The notes under the pieces are model-generated. The model worked only from the letters and a program-made list of their open reading frames with translations. It did no database searches and had not been told where the DNA came from. Made by a program: the position numbers and the translations under genes. A stretch of 63,980 bases of DNA, the filler included, from Aduncisulcus paluster (Eukaryota), in the NCBI GenBank assembly GCA_024181965.1. It is 11 parts of 11 records of this genome, joined end to end, with 100 filler letters (N's around TTAATTAATTAA, not from the genome) between each part and the next. Parts side by side here need not be neighbours in the genome. Positions count along the whole stretch, not along the records: positions 48,867 to 54,876 come from BQXS01011685.1; positions 54,977 to 57,573 come from BQXS01011687.1; positions 57,674 to 59,865 come from BQXS01011689.1; 8 more parts are not named here. The stretch is one strand, 5' to 3'. Shown one piece after another: positions 49,327-59,965 of the stretch; position 1 is the stretch's first letter; the number at the start of each line of letters is the position of its first letter.

Positions 49327-49629
49327 TCACTTAGAGTTTGACTGGCAATCACCGTACGTCAGACGTTTGGCACCACACCCACCACAGAACATGGCCTCTT
49401 CATACATCACCTGAGCATATCGAAGACCACAGTACGGACAGAAGGAGAGAAGAGCATGGGGGTCGAAATGGGCATACGTGGGAGGTGGAATGGAGAGAGA
49501 TGCCATGTCCATTGATGGAACAGAGTCTGTTCGAACAGACGCAGATGGGGTTTGGACAGGAGCACGAGGAGCAGGATTCATTAACGGGGGGTTCATTTGA
49601 GAGGTGAACAGAGTGGCATCATAAGACAT
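49327..49629 (-). CDS. Small protein with C-terminal zinc ribbon
   Basis: FCPYCG...FCGGCGAKR (two CxxC knuckles) after a Pro-rich N-terminus. Confidence 0.55.
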   Translation of the reverse strand: MSYDATLFTSQMNPPLMNPAPRAPVQTPSASVRTDSVPSMDMASLSIPPPTYAHFDPHALLSFCPYCGLRYAQVMYEEAMFCGGCGAKRLTYGDCQSNSK

Positions 49630-49801
49630 TAGATTGGCTCTTCCACATTAAAATATATATACTGCACACCGTGTGCACGTGACACACGTATATATATAAA
49701 GTCTGGGAAGATCGACTATACTGTACAATGTACTAAATTAGTACTAATAGTTTACTATTATATTATATTATTATTAAACTTGTCTGTCGCAGAGAGTTAT
49801 T

Positions 49802-52001
49802 TCATTCAAATAAACCTAATCTACTTCCAAATAGAGCATCATTAAAAATTCCTTTCTCTTCTTCTTCTGCTTTAATTCTTTCAATTGTTTCAATTCTTCT
49901 TGACAAATCATCAAGTCGTGCAGAAACATTCATGAATCCAACGTCAACTTTATGAATAAGATCGCAGAGAATACCTTCGATCTTTGTAAAGCCAGATTCA
50001 GAGTTGGTTTGTAATGTTTCTTGTGAGTGCACAATACTATCTAAAGAAGAAGCATAGTGACGTTGAAGTTCAATGGATGTCTTTTGGAGCGATATCTGTT
50101 CAGAAGCACGCAGAGCAATGGTGGTTTGAGATTCTTTTAGCTCAGATTGTTGACGTTCAACTACAACGACCAAAGCTTTCTTCTCTTCTTCTCTTCTCTT
50201 CCTCTCCCTCTCTTCTTCTTCTTCTTTTGCTTTTCTCTTGTCTTCTGCTTCTTGTTTCTTTCTTTGTGTTTCGAGCATATACATTTTATAAGCCAATTTC
50301 CTCTTCTCTTCTTCTTCTTCCTCTTCCTCTTCTCTTTTTCTTTCTTCTTCCTCTTTCTCTTTCTTTCTTTCTCTTTCTCTCTCTTCTTCTTCTTCTTTTG
50401 CTTTTCTCTTGTCTTCTGCTTTTCTCTTGTCTTCGTCTGCTTGTTGTCCATGTGCAATGCTGTTAATGTTACGATAGTGACCTTGTCCATGTTCCTCCTG
50501 GTGTTTCTCAATAGATCTATATTTAGGTTGAGAAGAAGGAGAAGATACAGTAGAGGAAGAAGGAACAGAGGATGAGGACGGACCATGTGCTATTTTTGGA
50601 GTATTTGTAGTTGTTTTTGAGAAACTAGGAGAACGAGGAGAAGGGAGAGGAAGAGAGGAATAGGAGGCAGGAATATGAGGTTTCTCTCGTTTCTTCCGTG
50701 GATGACTACCAGAGACAGAAAGAATTCTTTGGCCACGAAGACCAACTCGAACTCTAGATCTATATTTAGGTTGAGAAATAGAAGAAGAAGAAGAAGAAGA
50801 AGAAGCAGGAGAAGAAGGAGAAGTATAACCGTCTGATCCAAAAATAGATATTGAGAAAGTAAGAATTTCATTAATGTCATATTTAAACACTTCACCGTCG
50901 TCATTTCCAACAAACAAATAATCTCCTTTAATGTCCATGCAAGTGATTGAGGAAGATATTGAGGAATAAGTAGAAGATATTGAAGAAGAAGTAGAAGAAG
51001 GTATTGAAGAATCTATTTTAGTATTCAGAGTGGCAAGGATTCGTTTAGATTTGACATCAAATACATGTAAATGTCCAATGGAATCTCCTGCGATGACAAA
51101 CTTTCCTTCTTCTTCATCAATCCATCTACAACAGTTTAGAGAAACATATCGGTTGTGGCCGGTTGTAGTACCGGCAGTAGTGGTGGTACCAGATGTGGTG
51201 GTGGAAAGAAGAGCATGGCCATGGCCTGAGTCTCGTAGAATGTCATTGATGTTCATGACAAAGACAGGAGATTTCTTGATGATGTCTAATACTCCAATAG
51301 ACCCGCTCACAGTCGTACAAAGACCATATCTAGGTGTGTCTGAAGCAGAACAAGGCAACATCTGGACACATGTGATAGGACTGCGTTTGGACAGACTGGA
51401 GCGATGGGAGGAACGGATGGCATGGTCAATATGCGGAAGTCTGGTATATGAAGAGGAAGTACCGGAGATTAGAGTGTTGATAACGACTATATCTCCATTT
51501 TCAGATCCGACAAGCAATGTATCTTCTGAGTCGGCCCAGGATAGGGATGAAACGGATCCTGACAGGATTCCTGAGTATTCATGCTTTAATTCTTTCTTTC
51601 TCAAGTCATACACGTACACGCTTTTAGAATCTCCACCAGTGGCCAAATACTTGGATGATGGGACAAGAGAAAGGGATTTCAAGGGGCGTTTTAAGCTTTC
51701 TAATGGGAAAGGTCGGCATAATTCTTTTCCAGCTCTTAAAATTAGTGAAATATATCCATTATCACTACAAGAGAGAAATACAGCATCTTAAGTTGGGAAA
51801 AGGGGATAAATATTATCAAATGCAAATTTTATAAATAAACTTAATGATAAATGTGATATTAAAATTAAATAGGGCGCGAAAAAGACAAAACATACTATTT
51901 TTGGTCCATATCAGCTCATTAGCGTTAACATTGATGGTATTAACACATTCATTATCACTATTAAAAAGGGATACTTTCGATTGTGTCCCTACTACAAACA
52001 T
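49802..52001 (-). CDS. N-terminal WD40 plus C-terminal coiled-coil protein (NEDD1-like architecture); 2 exons (52001-51896, 51786-49802)
   Basis: YLATGGDSKSVYVYDL, LLVGSENGDIVV, GDSIGHLHVFDV. In-frame intron 51787-51895 (GTATGT...AAG). Confidence 0.65.
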
Positions 52002-52274
52002 TTCAACAAAACTCGAGCTTTTTTATTGAAAATCGAATTGACAAAAGAAACCAAGCATTCATAGTATAAAACTGGCGAAACTAAACATCATTTTGTTTGC
52101 CCATTTTATATTAATTGTCAACTCTTCTTACTTCGCGAGATAATTGTCAACGGTTAGTTTGAGCATATTTTTCTTTATTTGATGTAATAATCTCGTAGCA
52201 AGCCTCGTATAAACTTAATTTTCTTTCTTTTCAAATGCCCAGCTATTATTGTTTTCACTCCTCTGATTGGAAGA

Positions 52275-53978
52275 ATGAGTCCAATTTATCGCTTTGCTAG
52301 CATGTCAAAAGAACCGCCAATTAAAATACCATTAAGAGCTGTCAGAGATGCAGCTAAGATTGATCTTGGTTCTATTTTTGAAAAAGAAAAGGATACTTCC
52401 CAAAGACTTGTTTACTATTTCTACTACTCCCTTCAACAGCTTGGTCCTGATTTAGAAATAGCAGCAAAAGTGATGCCTAGAACTGGAAATCCTGATGCTG
52501 ATCTCCTTTCCATTCTTTATCCCCTCAATTTCTTCCCAGTGTGCTGCCATCCGTTTTGTACGAGAAAATATGTTCGAGAACTTGCTAAATCGGCCAGAAC
52601 TATGCATAGAAGGATTGTAGATGAGAAATCACTTGATGCCTTTATTCCAAATTCCCTAGCAGAGCTTGTTTGTCTCAGTGCATGTTTTCAAATTATTAGA
52701 GCGCAATTATTGGGAGATATGAGCGCCTCTGAGACCCAAAAGGGGGCCTTTAGAGTAGAATTTCCAAAGCCTATGGATAAAATGCCTGCCCATAAACGTG
52801 ATACTGACTTTGAGCATTTTTTGCTATCTATTCAGTATGATTGGGATACTGCTATGAGGTTGACACTAATTGGAATGAATATTTTTGATGAGCCTTATCC
52901 ATTACGTGCCGAATTCGATCAAATAGACACTGAAGTCGAGGAAGAATGTGATGGTGATTATGAACAACACGTATTCCATCCCAAGAACTGGTTTGACCTC
53001 ATTGACGATGAAGAAGAGGAAGAAATGGAAGAAGAGTCCGAAGAGAAACCAATGTATTCAGTTCCTGATCTTACTTGCCCCGATATGACTCAGCACCCGG
53101 ATATGCTAAAACTCCAGAAGAAATATGATGTTTCGAATGAAAAATTCCTTCAATTAATGGCTGTTGCATTTGACAAAATGTCGAAAGGCAATGAAATTGC
53201 TGCGAAACCTTTATCAACATATCTTGAATCAGCCATGCATACAACCACGACTCCGACCCCCACCATGTCTTCCGCGACTACAGGTCCTTCTTCGTCTCAA
53301 CCTTCGATGATTGGTGGTGTAAGACATCCATCATCTATGGGTACAGCATCCACAGCTATCTCTGGCTCTATTTCTCACCATCATACTGGCATGTCTCACT
53401 CTTCTTTTATCCCTTCTTCCTCTCCTTCTGGGGTTCCTGCTCCACCTCTTGGTTCCTCAATATCGGGTGATTCTCATGGCCAGATTGGTATCTCTCAGCC
53501 CACCTCGACTGCCCCACTTCCAAGCACCTATATCCCTCATAGTTATCATTCATATTCGTCTCAACAGCCGCCACATCCATCTCAGCACATGGGATATCAA
53601 CAACATACATCACATGCAGCCCCTTACCACCAGGGACATCAGGCTCCTCCTCCTCCCCATCCATATCACATGATGTATCAGCCTCCTCCTCAGGGGTACT
53701 ACCATATGCCTCCTCCTCCCACTCATGACATGTCAGGGCCACCTCAAGTTCAAGGGGCATCACATGGACAATCGTACATGCCTGCTGCCGCCAGCATGCA
53801 ACCTCATCCACACTTCTCTCCATCAGGGTCTGAGTTCTCTCCATCGGCTGCAGACATACAGCCTTTTAGAGCAGTAGGGGGATACCCACAATATCCACAA
53901 TATCCACAATATCGTATGCAACAAGGACAACCTCCTCATATTCCTTCTCAAAAGAGAGGGAGTAGTGAGAAGAAATGA
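52275..53978 (+). CDS. Hypothetical protein with acidic linker and P/H/Q/S-rich C-terminus
   Basis: Complete 567-aa ORF. Confidence 0.75.
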   Translation: MSPIYRFASMSKEPPIKIPLRAVRDAAKIDLGSIFEKEKDTSQRLVYYFYYSLQQLGPDLEIAAKVMPRTGNPDADLLSILYPLNFFPVCCHPFCTRKYVRELAKSARTMHRRIVDEKSLDAFIPNSLAELVCLSACFQIIRAQLLGDMSASETQKGAFRVEFPKPMDKMPAHKRDTDFEHFLLSIQYDWDTAMRLTLIGMNIFDEPYPLRAEFDQIDTEVEEECDGDYEQHVFHPKNWFDLIDDEEEEEMEEESEEKPMYSVPDLTCPDMTQHPDMLKLQKKYDVSNEKFLQLMAVAFDKMSKGNEIAAKPLSTYLESAMHTTTTPTPTMSSATTGPSSSQPSMIGGVRHPSSMGTASTAISGSISHHHTGMSHSSFIPSSSPSGVPAPPLGSSISGDSHGQIGISQPTSTAPLPSTYIPHSYHSYSSQQPPHPSQHMGYQQHTSHAAPYHQGHQAPPPPHPYHMMYQPPPQGYYHMPPPPTHDMSGPPQVQGASHGQSYMPAAASMQPHPHFSPSGSEFSPSAADIQPFRAVGGYPQYPQYPQYRMQQGQPPHIPSQKRGSSEKK

Positions 53979-54223
53979 GCTCTATTTTTAGAAAATCATT
54001 ATTAGAAAATGAAGAACTGTCCGACAGGCTGTCGGCAACAGCTCTAACGGGGTCTGTTTGTTTATTTTCATTGAGAAGTACTACTACTTAAGTTTGTAAC
54101 TTCTCAGTGAGAATTCTCAGAAGTTTTTTATTTAAAAAATAAATTTAAAAATAAAATCAATTTTTAGACTTCTCACTGTTTGGGTGGAGATTGATATTAC
54201 CGACATCAACCGGTTGACACTTC

Positions 54224-54286
54224 GATCATTTGTCTATTTATAGATCATTTGTCTATTTATAGATCATTTTTCTAATTATAGATCAT
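54224..54286. repeat. 19-bp tandem repeat (GATCATTTGTCTATTTATA x about 3.3), probable transposon subterminal repeat
   Basis: Direct reading; lies about 270 bp downstream of the hAT ORF end. Confidence 0.8.
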
Positions 54287-54555
54287 AACAGTCACTGCTG
54301 AGCATAGGTTTCCATTTTTTTGAAATGCAATTTTCAAATAAATTCAAATGAAACTATTTATATTTTTAAATATCATAAAATAATAAATCATTTATTTTTG
54401 GCCCTACTTTGAAACAACTAATGTTTGGCTATTTTTAAATGTCTACTGTCAATTTTTCTTTTTTCTGATGTTCATATATAATATTAATGATAATTGGGCA
54501 TAAGTCTTTATAATTTATAGAGTTAAATAGTTTGTATGATTTATTTTATTAATTA

Positions 54556-54876
54556 TTACAAAAGTTTTGTCTTAGAATTAAAAGTATAAAAAACGTTATT
54601 CATGAGAGTTTCTACCGACTGGCTTGCGCGTAAAGGTGTATCATACCTCCGAACAATGCTGAACATTCGTTCAACGGATGCACCAGTCATTGGTAAGGTC
54701 TTATAAATTTGGGATATTCGAACAAGCCAAAAATAGTCATTTTCAATACTTAAATTACAATTATCTTTCTTATTCTTGCAATACGATTTCAATTGTTCCT
54801 TTTCTTGTAATGATAAGACAATGTTTAAACATTTTGTGGAATAGATTAAATGTTGCTCGTTTATCTCGAAGTCTAT
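54556..54876 (-). mobile_element. hAT-superfamily transposase C-terminal dimerisation region (5' cut by contig end)
   Basis: TLPMTGASVERMFSIVRRYDTPLRASQSVETL matches the hAT P-x-[TS]-x-A-x-x-ERxFS...R motif. The frame is open to the contig end. Confidence 0.8.
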
Positions 54877-55779
54877 NNNNNNNNNNNNNNNNNNNNNNNN
54901 NNNNNNNNNNNNNNNNNNNNTTAATTAATTAANNNNNNNNNNNNNNNNNNNNNNNNNNNNNNNNNNNNNNNNNNNNGGTCGGTTTTTATGCATGTATAAA
55001 ATCTCAGATTTCTACTATTCTTGGTCGCATATCTAACTTTGTCCGGTTTCTAAATAAATTTTCCCAGTTCTCATAAATTGAATGAATCTCAAATTTATTA
55101 ATAGATTAATGAAAATTTCGATTTAACTCCGATGGTAATTCACAAGTAATTTTCGCCTGATCGACGATGCCCAGATTAGATGATTTTGGTTTGTTTGTTT
55201 TTCCTTCGAAATTTAAATTGTTTTCCAATAATATTATTATATTGATGGAACCTTCAGCTTCTGAATATTTTTTTATGTCAATTTTTTGGCGTATTATGAT
55301 TTTTGTGGGTGTTTTCTTGGTTTGTCTCATAGTTCAGCCCAATACTCCTGGCAAAATCAAAAATTATTTCGTTGATTTATCTGGTGTATATAAGAAACAA
55401 TATTCTGTTCAACGAGAAATATGAATTTCCGTGTCTATAATCGATTGTTTTCTTCTCCTTTTCGAAAGTGAAAAAGAGAATGCACTTCTTTTCTTTTTTT
55501 CGATGGTCTATTGTATGATCATGTGACGATTCCAAACAATGGAAATCGTGCTGGTTTTTGCCTAATAGAGTGACTATTAGTTTTTTTCGTAGATTCTTCG
55601 CTTTGTTTTTTTCCGTATCACAAATATTTCTCAGTGGAATTTGTCTTTTAATACAAATTCTAAATAAGAGAAAATTATATTCAATAAACTTTTCTTTTTT
55701 GACATTATTCTCGATGGAGGGCTCCATTTCGATAGTGGAATGGAAGTCCATTCAATGGATTCTGGGTTTTGATTGGAAA

Positions 55780-56334
55780 ATGCCGATTTTAATTTTGTGT
55801 GATATTCAGTCCGCATTCAAAGACTTGATGCCAGCCTTTGGTAGTATGCTGAAAGTGGCCGATTTATCTCTTAAAGCTGCCAGCATCGCCAAATGGCCTG
55901 TTATCGTGACTGAACAGGCTCCAAAGAAGTTGGGGGGCACCGTTAAAGAATTAACTTTGCCAGAAGATGTTCATTTATTCCCTAAAACTAAGTTTTCATG
56001 TGTGACCGATGATAGTGAGCCTCTTTTCGACGAATTGCTTAAAACTGAGAAACAGGTTGCAATTGTTGGATTGGAGACTCATATTTGTGTCAAACAAACA
56101 GCTAGAGACCTATCAAAGAAAGGTTTTAAGGTATCTATTCTTGCAGATGGTGTTTGCTCCCAACGTCAATTCGATAGGATATATGCATTCGAATCAATGC
56201 GGCACATGCCAAATGTTGATGTTACCACTTTTGAATCATTTATTTTTGAACAACTTGAAGATGCTAAAAATCCAAATTTCCGTGGATTATCCCGCCTCGT
56301 CAGAGAGACTCGCCCAGACCCTCAATTATTATAA
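55780..56334 (+). CDS. Isochorismatase-family hydrolase (ISOC1/2-like)
   Basis: LILCDIQ, VTEQAPKKLGGTV, KTKFSC, GLETHICVKQTARDL, ADGVCS. Confidence 0.9.
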   Translation: MPILILCDIQSAFKDLMPAFGSMLKVADLSLKAASIAKWPVIVTEQAPKKLGGTVKELTLPEDVHLFPKTKFSCVTDDSEPLFDELLKTEKQVAIVGLETHICVKQTARDLSKKGFKVSILADGVCSQRQFDRIYAFESMRHMPNVDVTTFESFIFEQLEDAKNPNFRGLSRLVRETRPDPQLL

Positions 56335-56681
56335 TAAATTCCCAATTATCATAAACATGAGAATTTTCAGCGTTTATTTTTGGTTTCTTGATCAAACTAA
56401 CATGTATGTCAAGTGATCTATTTTTAGCCATGAGAATTGAAACAATCACTTCTCTTTCCTTTTTGCGCTCAGTTAGCAGTATCTTAATTTTAAAAAATGA
56501 GTCACCGTAAATTTGAAGCCCCTCGTCACGGATCCCTTGGATTCCTTCCCCGTAAGCGTGCCAAGAAGGCCAGAGGTAAGGTTCGTTCTTTCCCCAAGGA
56601 CAAGGTCGAAGCCAAGCCCCATCTTACCGCTTTCATGGGTTACAAGNNNNNNNNNNNNNNNNNNNNTCTTAATTTTAAAAA

Positions 56682-57573
56682 ATGAGTCACCGTAAATTTG
56701 AAGCCCCTCGTCACGGATCCCTTGGATTCCTTCCCCGTAAGCGTGCCAAGAAGGCCAGAGGTAAGGTTCGTTCTTTCCCCAAGGACAAGGTCGAAGCCAA
56801 GCCCCATCTTACCGCTTTCATGGGTTACAAGGCTGGTATGACTCACGTTGTTCGTGAAGTTACTAGACCCGGTTCCATCCTTAACAAGAAGGATGTTGTT
56901 GAAGCTGCTACCGTCATTGAGTGTCCTCCTATGTCTATCGTCGGAGTTGTTGGTTACGTTGATACCCCCCGTGGTCCTCGTGCCCTTACCACTGTCTGGG
57001 CTGCCCATCTTGACAAGTCTTTCAAGAGAAGATTCTACAAGACCTGGTACTCAAGCAAACAACAGGCTTTCACCAAATACACCAACCGTCTCGCCGAGGC
57101 TGGTAAGAGTATTGACTCTGAGCTTGCTCGTATGACCAAGTATTGTTCTATCATTCGTGTTGTTGCCCACACTCAACCTAACCTCGTCCCTGTCAAGGCT
57201 TTCAAGGCTCACGTCATGGAAATCCAAGTCAACGGTGGTTCTGTTGAGGAGAAGGTTGCCTTTGCCAAGGGCCTCATGGAGAAAACCGTTAACGTCAAGC
57301 AGCTTTTCGGAGAAGGTGAAGCTATTGATATCCTCGGTGTTACTCGTGGTTTCGGAGTTCAAGGTGTTGTTCGTCGTTGGGGTGTTACCATGCTTCCAGT
57401 GAAAACTCGTAGAGGTAACCGTCGTGTTGCCTGTATCGGTGCCTGGCATCCAGCCAATGTGCAATGGAGTGTTGCCAGACATGGTCAAACCGGGTTCCAC
57501 CATAGAACAGAGAGAAACAAACAGGTCCTTAGAGTCTCCAATGGATCTACTGCTACTTCTGGTTCCACTGAAC
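56682..57573 (+). CDS. RPL3: 60S ribosomal protein L3 (uL3), 3' partial; its 5' end is duplicated at 56497-56646 across a gap
   Basis: [48 protein letters not shown]. Confidence 0.98.
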
Positions 57574-57674
57574 NNNNNNNNNNNNNNNNNNNNNNNNNNN
57601 NNNNNNNNNNNNNNNNNTTAATTAATTAANNNNNNNNNNNNNNNNNNNNNNNNNNNNNNNNNNNNNNNNNNNNG

Positions 57675-59369
57675 TTGTTATTAAACGAAATTGATAAGGA
57701 TTCAGCACCAAAAGACACCAAACAGAAAAAAACCAAGGATAAAAAGAAACATAACCCCAAGGATGGCAAGCCCAAGTATAACCCCAAGCACGACTCGCTA
57801 ACCCTGACATCTGCATCCACGCTGACTTCACAGTGCATCATTGGCAGTGGTGGGTTCGGAGAGGTTCTTCTTGTCAAAGTTGATGGCATTCCTTTCCCAT
57901 GTGTTCTGAAGAAGATGCTACGAGTTGCAGACAAAACTGTTGTGAAAGATTGTCGGAAGGAGTTTAAAATGCAACTCAAGTTGTTTAACAATCCCAAATG
58001 TTTCAACCGTATCCCACGTCCTCTGTATATCCTTAACTTGCTTGATTGCGATATGAAAGGTGTGTATGGCTTCCTGATGGAGTTCTGTGTTGGAGGCAGT
58101 GTGAGTGCGTTTGCCAAGCGTTGGTGTGCTGATGGCAAGTATGTGAGTGTTGATGATACTGCTGATGATAGTGAGCCCTCAGACTCTAGTTCTGCTTCTG
58201 AAAGTGATGATCATGATCGCTTTGATCCCATGACACTGAACCCTGTGAAAGTGTGTTCGTTATGTGTTGGGATGATCGAGTGTCTTGATGATGTGTTCAC
58301 AGCTAAACCAAAGCTTGTGCATCGAGACGTGAAACCTGACAACTTTCTTGTTCGTGTTGATCCCAAAGATGGAGAATGTACTGTTGTCCTTGCAGATCTT
58401 GGATTGGTGCATATCCAGGATTCCATCTCCTATTCAACGTCTTCCAAGAGTTTTGTTTCTCTTTCTGATTCTTCCTCTTCTTCTCACTCGACTCAAACCC
58501 CCAAGACCAAACGTTCCATCTGTGGCACCCTTGTTTATAACTCCTATGAAGCTCTTCGTGGAATTCATAGTCAAAAGAGTGATGCTTACTCTCTTGGAAT
58601 ATCCATGTTTTCTCTTTTCTTATGTTCTATCCCCTTCCTGAAGATGCCACTGTTAAGAGGGAAAAATCAAGTGGAGGTTTCAAAAATACTTATGGAAATG
58701 CTGAAGAATAATATGGTTCCACCACTTAAAGAATCTCCTCTTTTCAAATCATTGAAAGCCATTGAAGACGGTCTTTATTGTTCTGTGTATAAAGTATTGG
58801 ATGAAGTATTCACTGGATTAACTCAATTTAGTGTTGATGAACGTATGAGTGTGCACCAAGCTCGCAAGAAGGTACAAACCATCAAGCATTTACTTCCAAA
58901 GATTGGAGAAGGGTTTAAATATCCATCTGTTGAGGATATTATCATAGAACAAAAAAGAAAACGTTATGGCTTTGCTGGAGCAATTACTGGAGGACCAATG
59001 AGCCATTCAGAAATTCAAGAATCTATAATTAATCCACATGGTATTATTGATGATAGAGATTATGATGAGAGTGAAAAAGAAAGTGAAGAAAGTGAAAGAT
59101 ATGGGGAACATGAGACTCAATCAGTGTCTTCAAAACAAAATTCATTGTATCAGAGCATTGAAAAAGATGACCGAGATATGCCCTTTTATATGTTACATCG
59201 AGATGAACGTGTAGGAGAAACAAGTGGTTCATATTCCATAATTCCATTCACAGATGCATCTGTGACAGATGAATTTGATTCTTTGAGTATCTCTTTAACC
59301 AAGCAGAGTTCTATTGAATATCTGGATTATCTTGAATCGATAGGATTAGAAAGGGAGAAAGAAGAATAA
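57675..59369 (+). CDS. Ser/Thr-type protein kinase of a lineage-expanded family (5' partial)
   Basis: IGSGGFGEV, VLKKM, HRDVKPDN, DLG, GTLVYNSYE, KSDAYSLG. Confidence 0.9.
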   Translation: MLLNEIDKDSAPKDTKQKKTKDKKKHNPKDGKPKYNPKHDSLTLTSASTLTSQCIIGSGGFGEVLLVKVDGIPFPCVLKKMLRVADKTVVKDCRKEFKMQLKLFNNPKCFNRIPRPLYILNLLDCDMKGVYGFLMEFCVGGSVSAFAKRWCADGKYVSVDDTADDSEPSDSSSASESDDHDRFDPMTLNPVKVCSLCVGMIECLDDVFTAKPKLVHRDVKPDNFLVRVDPKDGECTVVLADLGLVHIQDSISYSTSSKSFVSLSDSSSSSHSTQTPKTKRSICGTLVYNSYEALRGIHSQKSDAYSLGISMFSLFLCSIPFLKMPLLRGKNQVEVSKILMEMLKNNMVPPLKESPLFKSLKAIEDGLYCSVYKVLDEVFTGLTQFSVDERMSVHQARKKVQTIKHLLPKIGEGFKYPSVEDIIIEQKRKRYGFAGAITGGPMSHSEIQESIINPHGIIDDRDYDESEKESEESERYGEHETQSVSSKQNSLYQSIEKDDRDMPFYMLHRDERVGETSGSYSIIPFTDASVTDEFDSLSISLTKQSSIEYLDYLESIGLEREKEE

Positions 59370-59965
59370 TCAATTAAATCGCATGATATTCTTGATAAAA
59401 GGCTTGATGAGAGTGAAAAAGAATATTTTTTCTAAAATTTTTTTAGTGATTCAGAAAAACAAAAATCCAAGCTTTCTCATTTTTCACTTTTGACAATAAA
59501 GAAATGAATTGGTTAACAAGTTAGCTGATATAATAAATCGTTCAAATACAGATATTTATTTTACCGCACTCAGTTGACACCTTCATGCATGAGTGTTTTA
59601 TGCTCTGACAAATTCAAATTTTTGAATTTATATTCTACACCATGTTTTATAAATAATAGCCATAATAGAAAAACAAAATAATATAAGGAAAGATATTAAA
59701 TCATTTTTTATTCACCCAATAATTATATTTTACAATTGCCTTCGCCAATAGCTTTTTTGTTTTTTGTTGACCACGTAAAGGAGAGCAAAAGTCTCTACAC
59801 GTTTTAAAAAACCGCTCGATGCAGGCACCACTTGCTGAACCACTTAAACAATGTTGAACAAAATANNNNNNNNNNNNNNNNNNNNNNNNNNNNNNNNNNN
59901 NNNNNNNNNTTAATTAATTAANNNNNNNNNNNNNNNNNNNNNNNNNNNNNNNNNNNNNNNNNNNN

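Noticed and set aside
55106..55751. Two minus-strand ORFs as a stop-readthrough gene
   Set aside because: They are in different frames, have no recognisable motifs, and other genes use TAA as a stop.
56497..56646. Second RPL3 copy
   Set aside because: Identical duplicate flank of a 20-N gap, consistent with an unmerged overlap.
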